Part shown: positions 55,603 to 64,000 of the stretch, one piece after another
Layout: every line of letters begins with the position of its first letter
Numbering within the stretch: position 1 is the first letter of the stretch
NCBI GenBank assembly: GCA_947631535.1
Contig: CANRLU010000001.1
Span: 19,532-83,531, forward strand
Direction: 5' to 3'
Length of the DNA: 64,000 nt
Source of the DNA: an uncultured Clostridia bacterium
Lineage (GTDB): Bacteria; Bacillota; Clostridia; Oscillospirales; Ruminococcaceae
The notes under the pieces: model-generated
Seen by the model: only the letters and a program-made list of their open reading frames with translations
Told to the model about the DNA's origin: nothing
Database searches by the model: none
Program-made: the position numbers and the translations under genes

Positions 55603-56685
55603 CTATATTGCTTTTACGGCTTTTGCTATAAGAGTTCCCATTTCGGAGCACTTCGCGCGCTTAAGACCCTCTTCGGCGCTCATAATGTCGCCGGTTCGCC
55701 AGCCCTCGCCGAGCACCTTTCCCACGGCTTCTTCTATGTCGTCGGCCTCGCGGGGCATATCAAAGCTGTAGCGGAGCATCATCGCCGCCGAAAGGATCGT
55801 TCCTATCGGGTTCGCGATGTCCTGACCGGCGATGTCGGGTGCAGAGCCGTGAATAGGCTCATAAAGCCCGCAGGAGGTCTTTCCGAGGCTCGAGGAAGGT
55901 ATCATTCCTATCGAACCGGTTATCATCGAGGCTTCGTCGGAGAGGATATCGCCAAACATATTCTCGGTGACGATAACGTCGAACTGCGACGGGTCTTTTA
56001 CTATCTGCATCGCGCAGTTGTCTACAAGCATATCCGAAAGCTCGACGTCGGGATATTCATCGGCAAGGCGGTGCATAACGCTCTTCCATAGGCGCGAAGT
56101 GTCGAGCACATTGGATTTTTCGACCGAGCAGAGCTTTTTGCGGCGCCTGCGCGCGGTCTCAAAACCTATCCTGCCTATGCGCTCTATCTCGCTCTCGGAG
56201 TATTTCATAACGTCTTCCGAGATCTTCTCGCCGTCCTCATAGGTTTTGTGCTCGCCGAAGTAGATACCTCCGATGAGCTCGCGCACTATGATGAAATCTA
56301 TCCCCTTGGCGACCGTCTCGGGCTTCAGCGGAGAAGCCGATGCGAGCTGCGGCCATATCTTCGCGGGGCGGTTGTTGGAATAAACTCCCATACCTGCTCT
56401 GAGCCGCAAAAGTCCCTTTTCGGGGCGCATATTACCGGGAACGGAATCCCATTTCTTTCCGCCGACGGCTCCGAGGAGCACGCTGTCGGATTCGACGCAC
56501 TTTTTGAGCTCGCTTTCGGGGAGCGGGTCGCCGAATTTATCTATCGCGCAGCCGCCCATATAGGCGTCTTCGTATTCAAATGTGTGGCCGTATTTTTCCG
56601 CAACGGCGTCGAGGACCTTTATCGCCTCGTTCACTATCTCGGGACCGATGCCGTCGCCGCGTATCACGGCAATATGTTTTTTCAT
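55603..56685 (-). CDS. leuB: 3-isopropylmalate dehydrogenase
   Basis: [13 protein letters not shown]...[20 protein letters not shown]...[12 protein letters not shown]. Confidence 0.93.
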   Translation of the reverse strand: MKKHIAVIRGDGIGPEIVNEAIKVLDAVAEKYGHTFEYEDAYMGGCAIDKFGDPLPESELKKCVESDSVLLGAVGGKKWDSVPGNMRPEKGLLRLRAGMGVYSNNRPAKIWPQLASASPLKPETVAKGIDFIIVRELIGGIYFGEHKTYEDGEKISEDVMKYSESEIERIGRIGFETARRRRKKLCSVEKSNVLDTSRLWKSVMHRLADEYPDVELSDMLVDNCAMQIVKDPSQFDVIVTENMFGDILSDEASMITGSIGMIPSSSLGKTSCGLYEPIHGSAPDIAGQDIANPIGTILSAAMMLRYSFDMPREADDIEEAVGKVLGEGWRTGDIMSAEEGLKRAKCSEMGTLIAKAVKAI

Positions 56686-56695
56686 GGCTTTTACC

Positions 56696-57178
56696 TCACT
56701 TTTTCAGCGATTTAAGCAGTCCGCCCGCCGAAATTATATTCTGAATGAACTCCGGGAAGGGCTGGGCGCGATATGTTTTTTGGGTGGTCAGGTCGGTTAT
56801 TATGCCGGTGTCAAAGTCAACCGAGACCTCGTCTCCAGCGGATATGCCGTCGGCCGCCTCGGGACATTCGAGGATCGGCAGGCCTATGTTTATCGCGTTG
56901 CGGTAGAATATCCTCGCGAAGCTTTTTGCGATAACGCAGCCTGTGCCGCAGGTCTTTATAACGAGCGGGGCGTGCTCGCGCGAGGAGCCGCAGCCGAAGT
57001 TCCAGCCCGCGACCATAATGTCTCCCGGGCGGACTTTATTCACATAATCTTTGTCGATGTCCTCCATGCAGTGCTTTGAGAGCTCTGCGGCGTCGGAGGT
57101 GTTGAGATACCTCGCGGGGATAATAACGTCGGTATCAACATTGTCGGGGTATTTGAAGACTTTTCCTTTTGTGTTCAT
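56696..57178 (-). CDS. leuD: 3-isopropylmalate dehydratase small subunit
   Basis: 160 aa, short archaeal/clostridial type. Contains [13 protein letters not shown] and [10 protein letters not shown]. Overlaps the leuC stop by 4 nt. Confidence 0.9.
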   Translation of the reverse strand: MNTKGKVFKYPDNVDTDVIIPARYLNTSDAAELSKHCMEDIDKDYVNKVRPGDIMVAGWNFGCGSSREHAPLVIKTCGTGCVIAKSFARIFYRNAINIGLPILECPEAADGISAGDEVSVDFDTGIITDLTTQKTYRAQPFPEFIQNIISAGGLLKSLKK

Positions 57179-58440
57179 ATTTTTTCCTCCTTCGGCGCGG
57201 TGATATATCCCGTGAGGGCGGAAGAAGCCGCCGTTGCGGGGCTCGCGAGATAAACCTCGCTCTTTACATGTCCCATTCTGCCGACGAAATTGCGGTTGGT
57301 GGTGGCTATGCAGCGCTCACCCTCGGCGAGTATTCCCATATATCCGCCGAGGCAGGGGCCGCATGTCGGGGTCGAGACGACGGCTCCCGCGTCGATAAAG
57401 GCGGTAATGTATCCCCGCTCGATGCACTCGCGGTATATCTTCATGGTCGCGGGGATTATTATGCATCTCACGCCGTCGGCGACCTTTTTGCCGTTTAAGA
57501 TATTATAGGCGGCCTCCATATCCTCCATTCTGCCGTTGGTGCAGCTCCCGATGACGACTTGGTCTATCTTTATATCCGAAAGCTCGCTTGCGGGCTTGGT
57601 GTTCTCGGGCAGATGAGGGCAGCTCACCGTCGGGACTATCCTTGAAAGGTCGATTTCGATGACCTGCTCATAAACGGCGTCGGGGTCGGCGGAGAATTCT
57701 CTCGGCTCGCGCTCGGTCCTGCCGCTAAGATATGCGCGGGTAACGCCGTCAACCGGGAATATTCCGTTTTTGGCTCCCGCCTCTATCGCCATATTGCAGA
57801 TGCATAGTCTGTCGTCCATCGAGAGCGAGGCGACGCCCTCTCCGGTGAATTCCATGCTCTTATAGAGCGCGCCGTCTACGCCTATCTTTCCGATTATCGT
57901 GAGGATAACGTCCTTGCCGGAGCAGTTTTTATTAAGCTTTCCCTTGAGCTCGAATTTTATCGCCGCGGGGACCTTGAACCAGGCCATACCTGTCGCCATT
58001 CCCGCCGCCATATCCGTCGAGCCGACGCCCGTCGAAAAGGCTCCGAGGGCCCCGTAGGTGCAGGTGTGACTGTCGGCGCCTATAATGCAGTCGCCGGCGG
58101 TTACAACTCCCTGCTCTGGGAGAAGCGCGTGCTCGATTCCCATTTTTCCGACGTCGTAGAAGTGGCTCACGCAGTGCTCGCAGGCAAATTCGCGGCACTG
58201 CTTCGACTGCTCGGCGGCCTTTATGTCCTTGTTCGGGACGAAGTGGTCGAGGACAATAGCTATCCTGTCCTTGTCGAAAACGCCGTCGAAGCCCGCCTTT
58301 TTAAATTCGTTCACCGCGACGGGGGTGGTGATGTCGTTTCCCAAAACTATGTCGAGCGAAGCCGAGATGAGCTGCCCCGCCTCGACGCTTTCAAGACCCG
58401 CGTGCGCCGCGAGTATCTTCTGTGTCATTGTCATTCCCAT
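57175..58440 (-). CDS. leuC: 3-isopropylmalate dehydratase large subunit
   Basis: MTQKILAAH..., [13 protein letters not shown] and GSCTNGR..CGPC aconitase-family Fe-S ligand motifs. AGGAGG RBS. Confidence 0.92.
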   Translation of the reverse strand: MGMTMTQKILAAHAGLESVEAGQLISASLDIVLGNDITTPVAVNEFKKAGFDGVFDKDRIAIVLDHFVPNKDIKAAEQSKQCREFACEHCVSHFYDVGKMGIEHALLPEQGVVTAGDCIIGADSHTCTYGALGAFSTGVGSTDMAAGMATGMAWFKVPAAIKFELKGKLNKNCSGKDVILTIIGKIGVDGALYKSMEFTGEGVASLSMDDRLCICNMAIEAGAKNGIFPVDGVTRAYLSGRTEREPREFSADPDAVYEQVIEIDLSRIVPTVSCPHLPENTKPASELSDIKIDQVVIGSCTNGRMEDMEAAYNILNGKKVADGVRCIIIPATMKIYRECIERGYITAFIDAGAVVSTPTCGPCLGGYMGILAEGERCIATTNRNFVGRMGHVKSEVYLASPATAASSALTGYITAPKEEKI

Positions 58441-58444
58441 AGCG

Positions 58445-60118
58445 TTACGCCTCCTGTTTCTTAGAGTTGTTGTATGCGCTGATGAGCGCGTAGGCGCTCG
58501 ATTTCAGTATATCGGTGTGATGACCGGCTCCCCAATACATCTTTCCGTCGGCAGCTTTAATGCCTATGTAGGCTATAGCCTCGGACTTCGAGGTCTGATT
58601 CTGCAAACTGTGCTCGGAGTATATCTGGAGGGTGTAGTCGTCGCCGGTGAGGGCTTTGAGCGCCGTCGAGACGGCGTCGATAGAGCCGTTGCCCGAGGCG
58701 GTGAGGGTCTTCTGCTCGCCGTTCACCTCAAAGGTTATCGTTACCTCGACCTCGTTCTCGCGCTGGGTGAACTTCATTTCCTTTTCGCAGACGGGGGTAA
58801 CAACGTGGAAGTATGTTCTTCTGAATATGTCGTAAATTTCATCGGCCTTGAGCTCGCGGTGACCTCTGTCCGAAATGCCCTTGCAAAGGTAGCTGAAATG
58901 CTCTCTCATTGCGGGCGGGAGCGAATAGCCGTAGGTGCGCTCAAGAAGGTAACCTATTCCGCCCTTACCGCTCTGGGAATTCACTCTTATAACGTCGGCG
59001 TCGTAGGTGCGGTTTATGTCGGTCGGATCTATAGGGATATACGGCGTGGTCCATTGCTCAAGGTGCTTTTCCTCGCGCCATTTCATTCCCTTGGCTATGG
59101 CGTCCTGATGGCTCCCCGAGAACGCCGCGAATACAAGCGCTCCGGCGTAGGGCGTGCGCTCATGGATACGCATACCGGTGCATTTTTCGTATACTTCGGA
59201 TATCGCGGGCATATCCGAGAAGTCGAGCTTCGGGTCTACCCCGTGGGAATACATATTCATAGCGAGGGTTATAACATCGACGTTGCCTGTGCGCTCGCCG
59301 TTTCCGAAGAGCGTTCCCTCAACTCTGTCGGCTCCCGCAAGGAGGGCGAGCTCGGTGTCGGCCACACCGGTGCCGCGGTCGTTGTGAGGGTGGAGCGAGA
59401 GTGTCACAAATTCGCGGTATTTGAGGTTGCGGCTCATATATTCAATCTGCGAAGCGTATATGTGAGGCATGCTCATTTCAACGGTGACGGGCAGATTTAT
59501 GATGACGTTGTTAGTCTCGGAGGGCTCCAAGATGTCGAGCACGGCGTTGCAGACCTCGAGAGAATACTCCGGCTCGGCTCCCGTGAAGCTCTCGGGGGAG
59601 TATTCAAAGCGGAAGTTGCCTTCGTATTCGGCGGCAAGCTGCTTTACGAGCTTCGCGCCGTCGGTGGCTATCTTCTTTATCTCCTCTTTCGACTTTCTGA
59701 AGACCTGTTCGCGCTGAGCTACGCTCACCGAATTGTAGAAGTGGATAATTGCGCTCGGGGCGCCCTTTACCGCCTCGAAGGTCTTTCTTATAATGTGCTC
59801 GCGGCACTGCGTTAAGACCTGAACGGTAACGTCTTCGGGAATGAGGTTTTGCTCGATAAGCGCGCGCAGGAATTCATATTCGGTGTCGGAAGCGGCGGGG
59901 AAGCCCACTTCTATCTCCTTGAAACCGATCTTAAGGAGCATCTTGTAAAATTCGAGCTTCTGCTCAAAGCTCATAGGGATAACAAGGCTCTGGTTGCCGT
60001 CTCTTAAATCGACGGAGCACCAAATAGGCGCTTTTTCGATGTGGTCTTTCCTGACCCAGTCGTAGGTCATTTCGGGGGGCAGATAATACCCGGGGGAATA
60101 CTTTTTGCAGTTCATCAT
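58445..60118 (-). CDS. leuA: 2-isopropylmalate synthase (long form)
   Basis: [11 protein letters not shown]...[11 protein letters not shown]...GNGERTGN plus the C-terminal regulatory domain. AGGAGAG RBS. Confidence 0.92.
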   Translation of the reverse strand: MMNCKKYSPGYYLPPEMTYDWVRKDHIEKAPIWCSVDLRDGNQSLVIPMSFEQKLEFYKMLLKIGFKEIEVGFPAASDTEYEFLRALIEQNLIPEDVTVQVLTQCREHIIRKTFEAVKGAPSAIIHFYNSVSVAQREQVFRKSKEEIKKIATDGAKLVKQLAAEYEGNFRFEYSPESFTGAEPEYSLEVCNAVLDILEPSETNNVIINLPVTVEMSMPHIYASQIEYMSRNLKYREFVTLSLHPHNDRGTGVADTELALLAGADRVEGTLFGNGERTGNVDVITLAMNMYSHGVDPKLDFSDMPAISEVYEKCTGMRIHERTPYAGALVFAAFSGSHQDAIAKGMKWREEKHLEQWTTPYIPIDPTDINRTYDADVIRVNSQSGKGGIGYLLERTYGYSLPPAMREHFSYLCKGISDRGHRELKADEIYDIFRRTYFHVVTPVCEKEMKFTQRENEVEVTITFEVNGEQKTLTASGNGSIDAVSTALKALTGDDYTLQIYSEHSLQNQTSKSEAIAYIGIKAADGKMYWGAGHHTDILKSSAYALISAYNNSKKQEA

Positions 60119-60139
60119 TTTGCGTTCTCTCCTGTTTTA

Positions 60140-60461
60140 AAGTGATATTTTGTTGGAAGTTGCAAAACCCTCGGCAGATATACAAAAACCCGCCCCAAAG
60201 GTTTTCTTTGAGACGGGTGCCATTATCTGCACTCGCGGTACCACTCAAATTGCGGGGGACCCCGCCGCTCTTGGAATCCAACAATTCCTATGCATTAACG
60301 CAGCAGTCACGGGAAACGTCTACTCGCACGCAAAGGTGCTTTGGGGGCTTCCGGCTCGGAAGCGAGGGGCTTTCGGCGCGCATCGACCGGTTCACACCAA
60401 CCACCGGCTCTCTTAATCAGCAGCATCTTCAGCCTTCTTCGTCATCGCCTTTAAAATGAAC
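60140..60461 (-). promoter_or_regulatory. T-box riboswitch leader (probable Leu specifier CUC) with terminator, controlling the leu-ilv operon
   Basis: The minus strand reads AATTTGAGTGGTACCGCGAG (T-box sequence, 60251-60234). Stem-I has AAGAGAG, and GAAAGCCCCTCG contains CTC. Terminator GGCACCCGTCTCAAAG..CTTTGGGGCGGGTTTTT lies at 60222-60185. Confidence 0.8.
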
Positions 60462-60467
60462 GCTTTA

Positions 60468-60496
60468 ATTATAAAGTATGACCGCGGCTTTGTCAA
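60468..60496 (-). promoter_or_regulatory. sigma-70 consensus promoter of the leu-ilv operon
   Basis: Minus strand TTGACA (60496-60491), 17-nt spacer, TATAAT (60473-60468). Confidence 0.65.
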
Positions 60497-60640
60497 TCGC
60501 CTTTTTGCCCGAATTTTATTGAAATCCGACGGGCGTTTTTAATTTTATGCACAAAAAGGCCGCAGAAGCACCCGATTTGCGAGCTTATCCTGACGTCTCA
60601 CTAAGAGCGCGGCGTATTCAAGCGGCAGTGTTCGGCTGTA

Positions 60641-60689
60641 TTTCACAAAACAAAATCGCCCCGCAGAGATCTGTATTCCCTGCGAGGCG
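60641..60689 (-). terminator. rho-independent terminator ending the phage-like structural operon
   Basis: Minus strand CGCCTCGCAG..CTGCGGGGCG (10-bp stem, one mismatch; 60689-60657) followed by ATTTTGTTTTGTG. Confidence 0.6.
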
Positions 60690-60708
60690 GTGCGATATAT
60701 TTTGCCGT

Positions 60709-61644
60709 TCAGGCGCAGAAGCCGTCGTGATAGCACCAAACGGTGGTCACAAAGCCCTTTTCGGCGTTGGCGGTAACAACAATGCGGTCCGCCTCGCCGA
60801 TAAACCCTATGTCACTCACGGTAAAGCTGTCAAGAAGGTCGAGGCCAGCGTATCCCGGGAAGCTGAAAACGTCGTAGCTCATTTTTCTCAGCGAACGGTT
60901 GAGCTTGAACTCAAGCCCCTTTTCGGGGTCCATTATCCACTCGCGGTCGAAGTTTATCCTGCGGCGCCTCGTCATCATTCTCGACGACGCTCTGCCCTCA
61001 GTCATAACAAATGCCCCGGGAGTGCCCTCGATGTCGCTTTCGCTTATCTCCGAAACGAGCTCGGAAAAGTCCGAGCCGTGTGACCTCATAATGAGCATAT
61101 CCGAGACGGTTGTATAGCTGCCCGTTGCCGGAGCCCTGCTCACGCACACGTTCATATACCCCCTTATATATGGGTATATGCCGGTGGCCCTCACGGCGTA
61201 GCACACTATCGCGTCCCAGCAGCTCGTGCCGTCGTAGTAGTTGACATAGTTGACCTTGGGAGTGTTCCTCTCATATGACACCACCGGCAGCGTGGGCCCA
61301 GAAGCCGCGAGTGCCGTAAGATCGACATCGGTGAGCATTTTGTCGTCGCACTGGTTGGTCAGAAGCGCCGAGGTATAGCTTTTGCTCGAAACCTTCAGCA
61401 TATAAAGTCCGTCTTTTCTTTCGAGCTCTATGCCGTCGGGAAAGCCGTAGTGGATCATAGTGTTGTCGATGTAAAGCATCACCGAAACTATCTCTTCAAA
61501 AGTGACGTCGGGGCGGCAGTACCATCTGCCGCTCAGGGTGGAATAGGGGGTGTAGCGCTCTTTTTCGTAGCGCAGACTTATGCAGTCGGTCAGGTCAACC
61601 ATCTTTCGCGAATATCTCAGCGTGAGTCTTATCTGATGATTCAA
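60709..61644 (-). CDS. phage-module protein of unknown function (311 aa; possibly baseplate-hub / XkdQ-like, speculative)
   Basis: Last ORF of the module. Its ATGA overlaps the upstream gene. No TM or signal peptide. The N-terminal pattern loosely recalls late-control-D/XkdQ-type proteins, but this is not verified. Confidence 0.4.
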   Translation of the reverse strand: MNHQIRLTLRYSRKMVDLTDCISLRYEKERYTPYSTLSGRWYCRPDVTFEEIVSVMLYIDNTMIHYGFPDGIELERKDGLYMLKVSSKSYTSALLTNQCDDKMLTDVDLTALAASGPTLPVVSYERNTPKVNYVNYYDGTSCWDAIVCYAVRATGIYPYIRGYMNVCVSRAPATGSYTTVSDMLIMRSHGSDFSELVSEISESDIEGTPGAFVMTEGRASSRMMTRRRRINFDREWIMDPEKGLEFKLNRSLRKMSYDVFSFPGYAGLDLLDSFTVSDIGFIGEADRIVVTANAEKGFVTTVWCYHDGFCA

Positions 61645-62390
61645 TCCTCGTTCACCTCGGTAAATTCAACGGTGAGTTCAGACAGCCCTCCCGCTTTCCC
61701 CACAAGGTCAAGTCCGGTCATAACCATAGAGCCGAAGGTCATTCCGTTCACCCCGACCGAAGATTTTCCGCCGTTAAGACGGCTCGCAAGCGAGGAATAC
61801 ACCGCCGATGCCCCCGCGCCGGCTATCCCTCCCTTAAGGGTGACGACGAGCGGCTTTTTGCCCACGGTGCGGGTGCGTATTCCGTTGCCGAGGGTGGGGA
61901 TATCGGCGGTTTTGAAGGTGTTTTTCAGCTCGTATGAGCGCATGCAGAAAAACTCCGTGCCGTCGAGCGAGAATCCCACGCTCTCGGCGGCGGAGGCGCC
62001 GGCGCAAGGGTCCGAAACGGTGAGCTCCGCCGTGAGGACATGCCTGCCGTGCTCTTTTGAATATTCGCAGGAGCTCCGCTTGAGCTCTTTTACCGTCAGG
62101 CCGCTCGAAAGAAGGGCGTCGGCGGCCGAGGCGTCGAATTTTTCCGCGAGCTCTCCGGCGCTCATATTTTTCCCTGCGAGCAACTTTACGGCATACTTTA
62201 TCTCCGCGCTTCGCGAAGACGCCCCGCTGCCGTCGGCGACCGGCTCCGAAAGCCTGTAGCTGTCGATGCCGGTAAAGCAGATCGTTTCGTTTCTGTGCTC
62301 CGAAACGTTTATCCCGTCGAAGAGATCCACCACCCTGTCGAACACCGACGAGAGCGCCTGCTTAATGAGGTCGGTGCGGTCGTTTATCAT
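61641..62390 (-). CDS. phage-module protein of unknown function (249 aa)
   Basis: Translationally coupled on both sides (a 1-nt TGATG overlap upstream, ATGA downstream). Ala/Gly/Ser-rich. No family recognised. Confidence 0.4.
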   Translation of the reverse strand: MINDRTDLIKQALSSVFDRVVDLFDGINVSEHRNETICFTGIDSYRLSEPVADGSGASSRSAEIKYAVKLLAGKNMSAGELAEKFDASAADALLSSGLTVKELKRSSCEYSKEHGRHVLTAELTVSDPCAGASAAESVGFSLDGTEFFCMRSYELKNTFKTADIPTLGNGIRTRTVGKKPLVVTLKGGIAGAGASAVYSSLASRLNGGKSSVGVNGMTFGSMVMTGLDLVGKAGGLSELTVEFTEVNED

Positions 62391-62770
62391 CAGCCGGCGA
62401 CCCCCTCGAAAATAAATCCGTCGTCGGATATGAGCCCTTCGGGGAGCGCCGCCATAGCCCTGCGCATAAGCTGCTCGGCGCTCTTTACGGCCACGTCGTC
62501 CGAGATCCTTGAGTATATTCCGCCCGTCGGGGTGGAGTATGTCTTCTGCGAGGCCGATTTTAGAACGGTGAAATCAAAGAACACCTTGCAGGCGCAGGCG
62601 TATTCGCTGAGCTGCTTTTCGGCATCGTCGGAATAATCTCTTTTAAAAAGCCTGTCGAAATAGGCTATCCCCGATTTTACCATAGGCTGATAAGCCGCCG
62701 TTTCCTCCTCGGTGAGCTGCGCCAGCGTGCCGAAATATCCCGTAACGGCCGCAATGTCAAGTCTCTCCAT
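62390..62770 (-). CDS. phage-module small protein (126 aa; head-tail connector/adaptor position)
   Basis: Size and position, directly after the capsid-like gene, fit a gp6-like head-tail adaptor. AAGGAAGGA RBS. The sequence itself was not recognised. Confidence 0.4.
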   Translation of the reverse strand: MERLDIAAVTGYFGTLAQLTEEETAAYQPMVKSGIAYFDRLFKRDYSDDAEKQLSEYACACKVFFDFTVLKSASQKTYSTPTGGIYSRISDDVAVKSAEQLMRRAMAALPEGLISDDGFIFEGVAG

Positions 62771-62797
62771 TTTATCCTTCCTTTCCTTTATGATTCG

Positions 62798-62821
62798 GGG
62801 AGCCGGATAAGTCCGGCTCCC
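62798..62821 (-). other. 10-bp GC-rich stem-loop immediately after the capsid-like gene
   Basis: GGGAGCCGGA-TAAG-TCCGGCTCCC with no T-tract. It sits where phage head modules often carry a partial terminator or stabiliser after the major capsid gene. Confidence 0.5.
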
Positions 62822-62838
62822 TCCGAGTTTTGCCGAAA

Positions 62839-63810
62839 TTACTGCTTGAGCTTGAGGACTTTTACGGCGTCGGCGTAGATCTTGGTGAAGCCTACGCTTA
62901 TGCTGAAAGCGATGCAGTCTATCTGCGAGGAGATGAGCTTGTCGCTGTCAACAACGATGTCCGAGCCGAAAACGGTCTCAAGAGCGCTGCCTGCGTCTAC
63001 GCCTATGGCATAGTCGTCGGACATTCCGGAGCACTTCACGAGCTTTACCCCGTAAGGCGTGGTGACTACGCCGTTGCCGAGGTCGCCGCTGCAGTCCTTC
63101 ATCTCGTCGAGGGCGAGAATGTTGGCCATAAAGGCGGGAGAGACGAGCATGGCGGTCATATTGTGACCAGACATAGAGGCCCAGAACGAAGCAAGGTCGG
63201 CGTAGGTCACGGCAGCGGCAGCGGTCTCAACGCTCGCGGCGTCGGTGTAAAGAGCCGTGGCGGCCGCGTTGTTTACGGCGAAGGAGATCTGCGCGCCCAC
63301 GGATTTGAGTATCACCGCAAAGAGGTCGAGGCGCTGGTTTCTGATGACTTCGTATACCGCCTGGACCTGTCTGCCGTACTTGGAAACGGCGACAGCCTCT
63401 GCGGCGCTCTTTACCGACGTTACGGGAAGCTCCGCGCCGGCGGCAACGGCGTCGTCGGTGCCGTTCTTGGTGATGAGCAGACCGCGGTAGTCAACGCCGT
63501 CGGTATAGGTGGTAGCGGCGGTTATGTAGGGAAGCACCGAAGCGCCGTCCATACCCGCCTTGATGCATCTGCGCACAAATTCGGGGAAGAGTATCGCCGA
63601 CTGAGTGGTCCTGAAGAATTTTTCGACCCTGTCGGAGTTGGCGCCGCTCACCCTGATGTCAAAGCGCTTGAGCTGGCGCTCAAAGGCGTCGAGCCCCTCA
63701 AGTTCGGTGCCGGCGTAGTTTTCGTCGGCGTCGAGGTCGGCAAGAGCCTCGGTGAAGCTCTTGCCGCTGATGTTGTAAAGTCCTTTTTCGAGTGTGATGT
63801 TGTCGTACAT
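62839..63810 (-). CDS. putative phage major capsid protein (HK97-fold-like, tentative)
   Basis: 323 aa from ATG 63810 (GAAAGGAA RBS). Ala/Val/Thr-rich soluble protein. It is preceded by a short charged ORF in scaffold position and followed by a stem-loop and a ~120-aa ORF, which is the classical head-module order. The 63900 start in the track adds a Lys-rich leader and is less likely. Confidence 0.5.
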   Translation of the reverse strand: MYDNITLEKGLYNISGKSFTEALADLDADENYAGTELEGLDAFERQLKRFDIRVSGANSDRVEKFFRTTQSAILFPEFVRRCIKAGMDGASVLPYITAATTYTDGVDYRGLLITKNGTDDAVAAGAELPVTSVKSAAEAVAVSKYGRQVQAVYEVIRNQRLDLFAVILKSVGAQISFAVNNAAATALYTDAASVETAAAAVTYADLASFWASMSGHNMTAMLVSPAFMANILALDEMKDCSGDLGNGVVTTPYGVKLVKCSGMSDDYAIGVDAGSALETVFGSDIVVDSDKLISSQIDCIAFSISVGFTKIYADAVKVLKLKQ

Positions 63811-63835
63811 AATTTTAGTTCCTTTCTTTTTTGTT

Positions 63836-64000
63836 TCAGACTCTGAAGCTTCTGTTGAGTTCCGGGTCTTTTTCTTTGTTCTGAATGAATGATCTTTCAA
63901 GCTCGCCCATGCTGCCGTCGTCGGCAGCGCCTATAAGGGCCTGCTTCATTTCAAGAAGCTCATAGGGCTCCATTTTTTCGATGGCCGCCTTTGTGAGAAC
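63836..64000 (-). CDS. phage-module ORF in scaffold/protease position, C-terminal fragment (5' end outside window)
   Basis: Frame open from the window edge: ...VLTKAAIEKMEPYELLEMKQALIGAADDGSMGELERSFIQNKEKDPELNRSFRV, with a TGA stop at 63838-63836. Confidence 0.4.
   Translation of the reverse strand, partial: VLTKAAIEKMEPYELLEMKQALIGAADDGSMGELERSFIQNKEKDPELNRSFRV

Noticed and set aside
58223-59815. 530-aa plus-strand ORF antisense to leuC and leuA
   Set aside because: It is a shadow ORF, for the same reasons as the other antisense ORFs. The leuC and leuA assignments are unambiguous.

Overview
This is a GC-rich chromosomal segment that looks Firmicutes/Clostridia-like. That call is an inference from lipobox lipoproteins, GGAGG-type ribosome-binding sites (RBS), two T-box leaders and the protein sequences; it was not searched. 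Most of the window is housekeeping:
- mreC(partial)-mreD-PBP2, then mgsA
- a T-box-controlled hisS-aspS operon
- aspartate kinase, and coaD-rsmD
- a MATE pump, pullulanase, PepV-like dipeptidase and ispDF
- three tRNAs (Gln-UUG, Gln-CUG, Val-CAC)
- one long T-box(Leu)-controlled leuA-leuC-leuD-leuB-ilvB-ilvN-ilvC-ilvD operon, with a DUF815 ATPase gene 8 nt behind it

The accessory or poorly understood content is:
1. A minus-strand operon (43888->36791) with three tandem paralogous lipoproteins, a tail-only fragment, a MalFG-type permease pair and no ATPase. A fourth full-length paralog sits 20 kb away next to an ECF sigma / anti-sigma / lipoprotein / ABC-2 exporter cluster. All five products end in the same KLAKEAA-type C-terminal helix.
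2. A 1.1-kb low-GC two-gene cassette bracketed by 43-nt direct repeats. Each repeat is a copy of the rsmD promoter.
3. Two roughly 0.4-0.5 kb non-coding regions packed with consecutive near-perfect hairpins that share modules. A related hairpin lies inside the ilv operon.
4. The edge of a phage-derived structural gene module (capsid-like gene plus three tightly coupled ORFs). It terminates about 150 bp from the leu promoter.

I saw no rRNA, CRISPR array, transposase or integrase. Start codons were chosen by eye from RBS and promoter positions. Family names come from recognised motifs, not from database searches.
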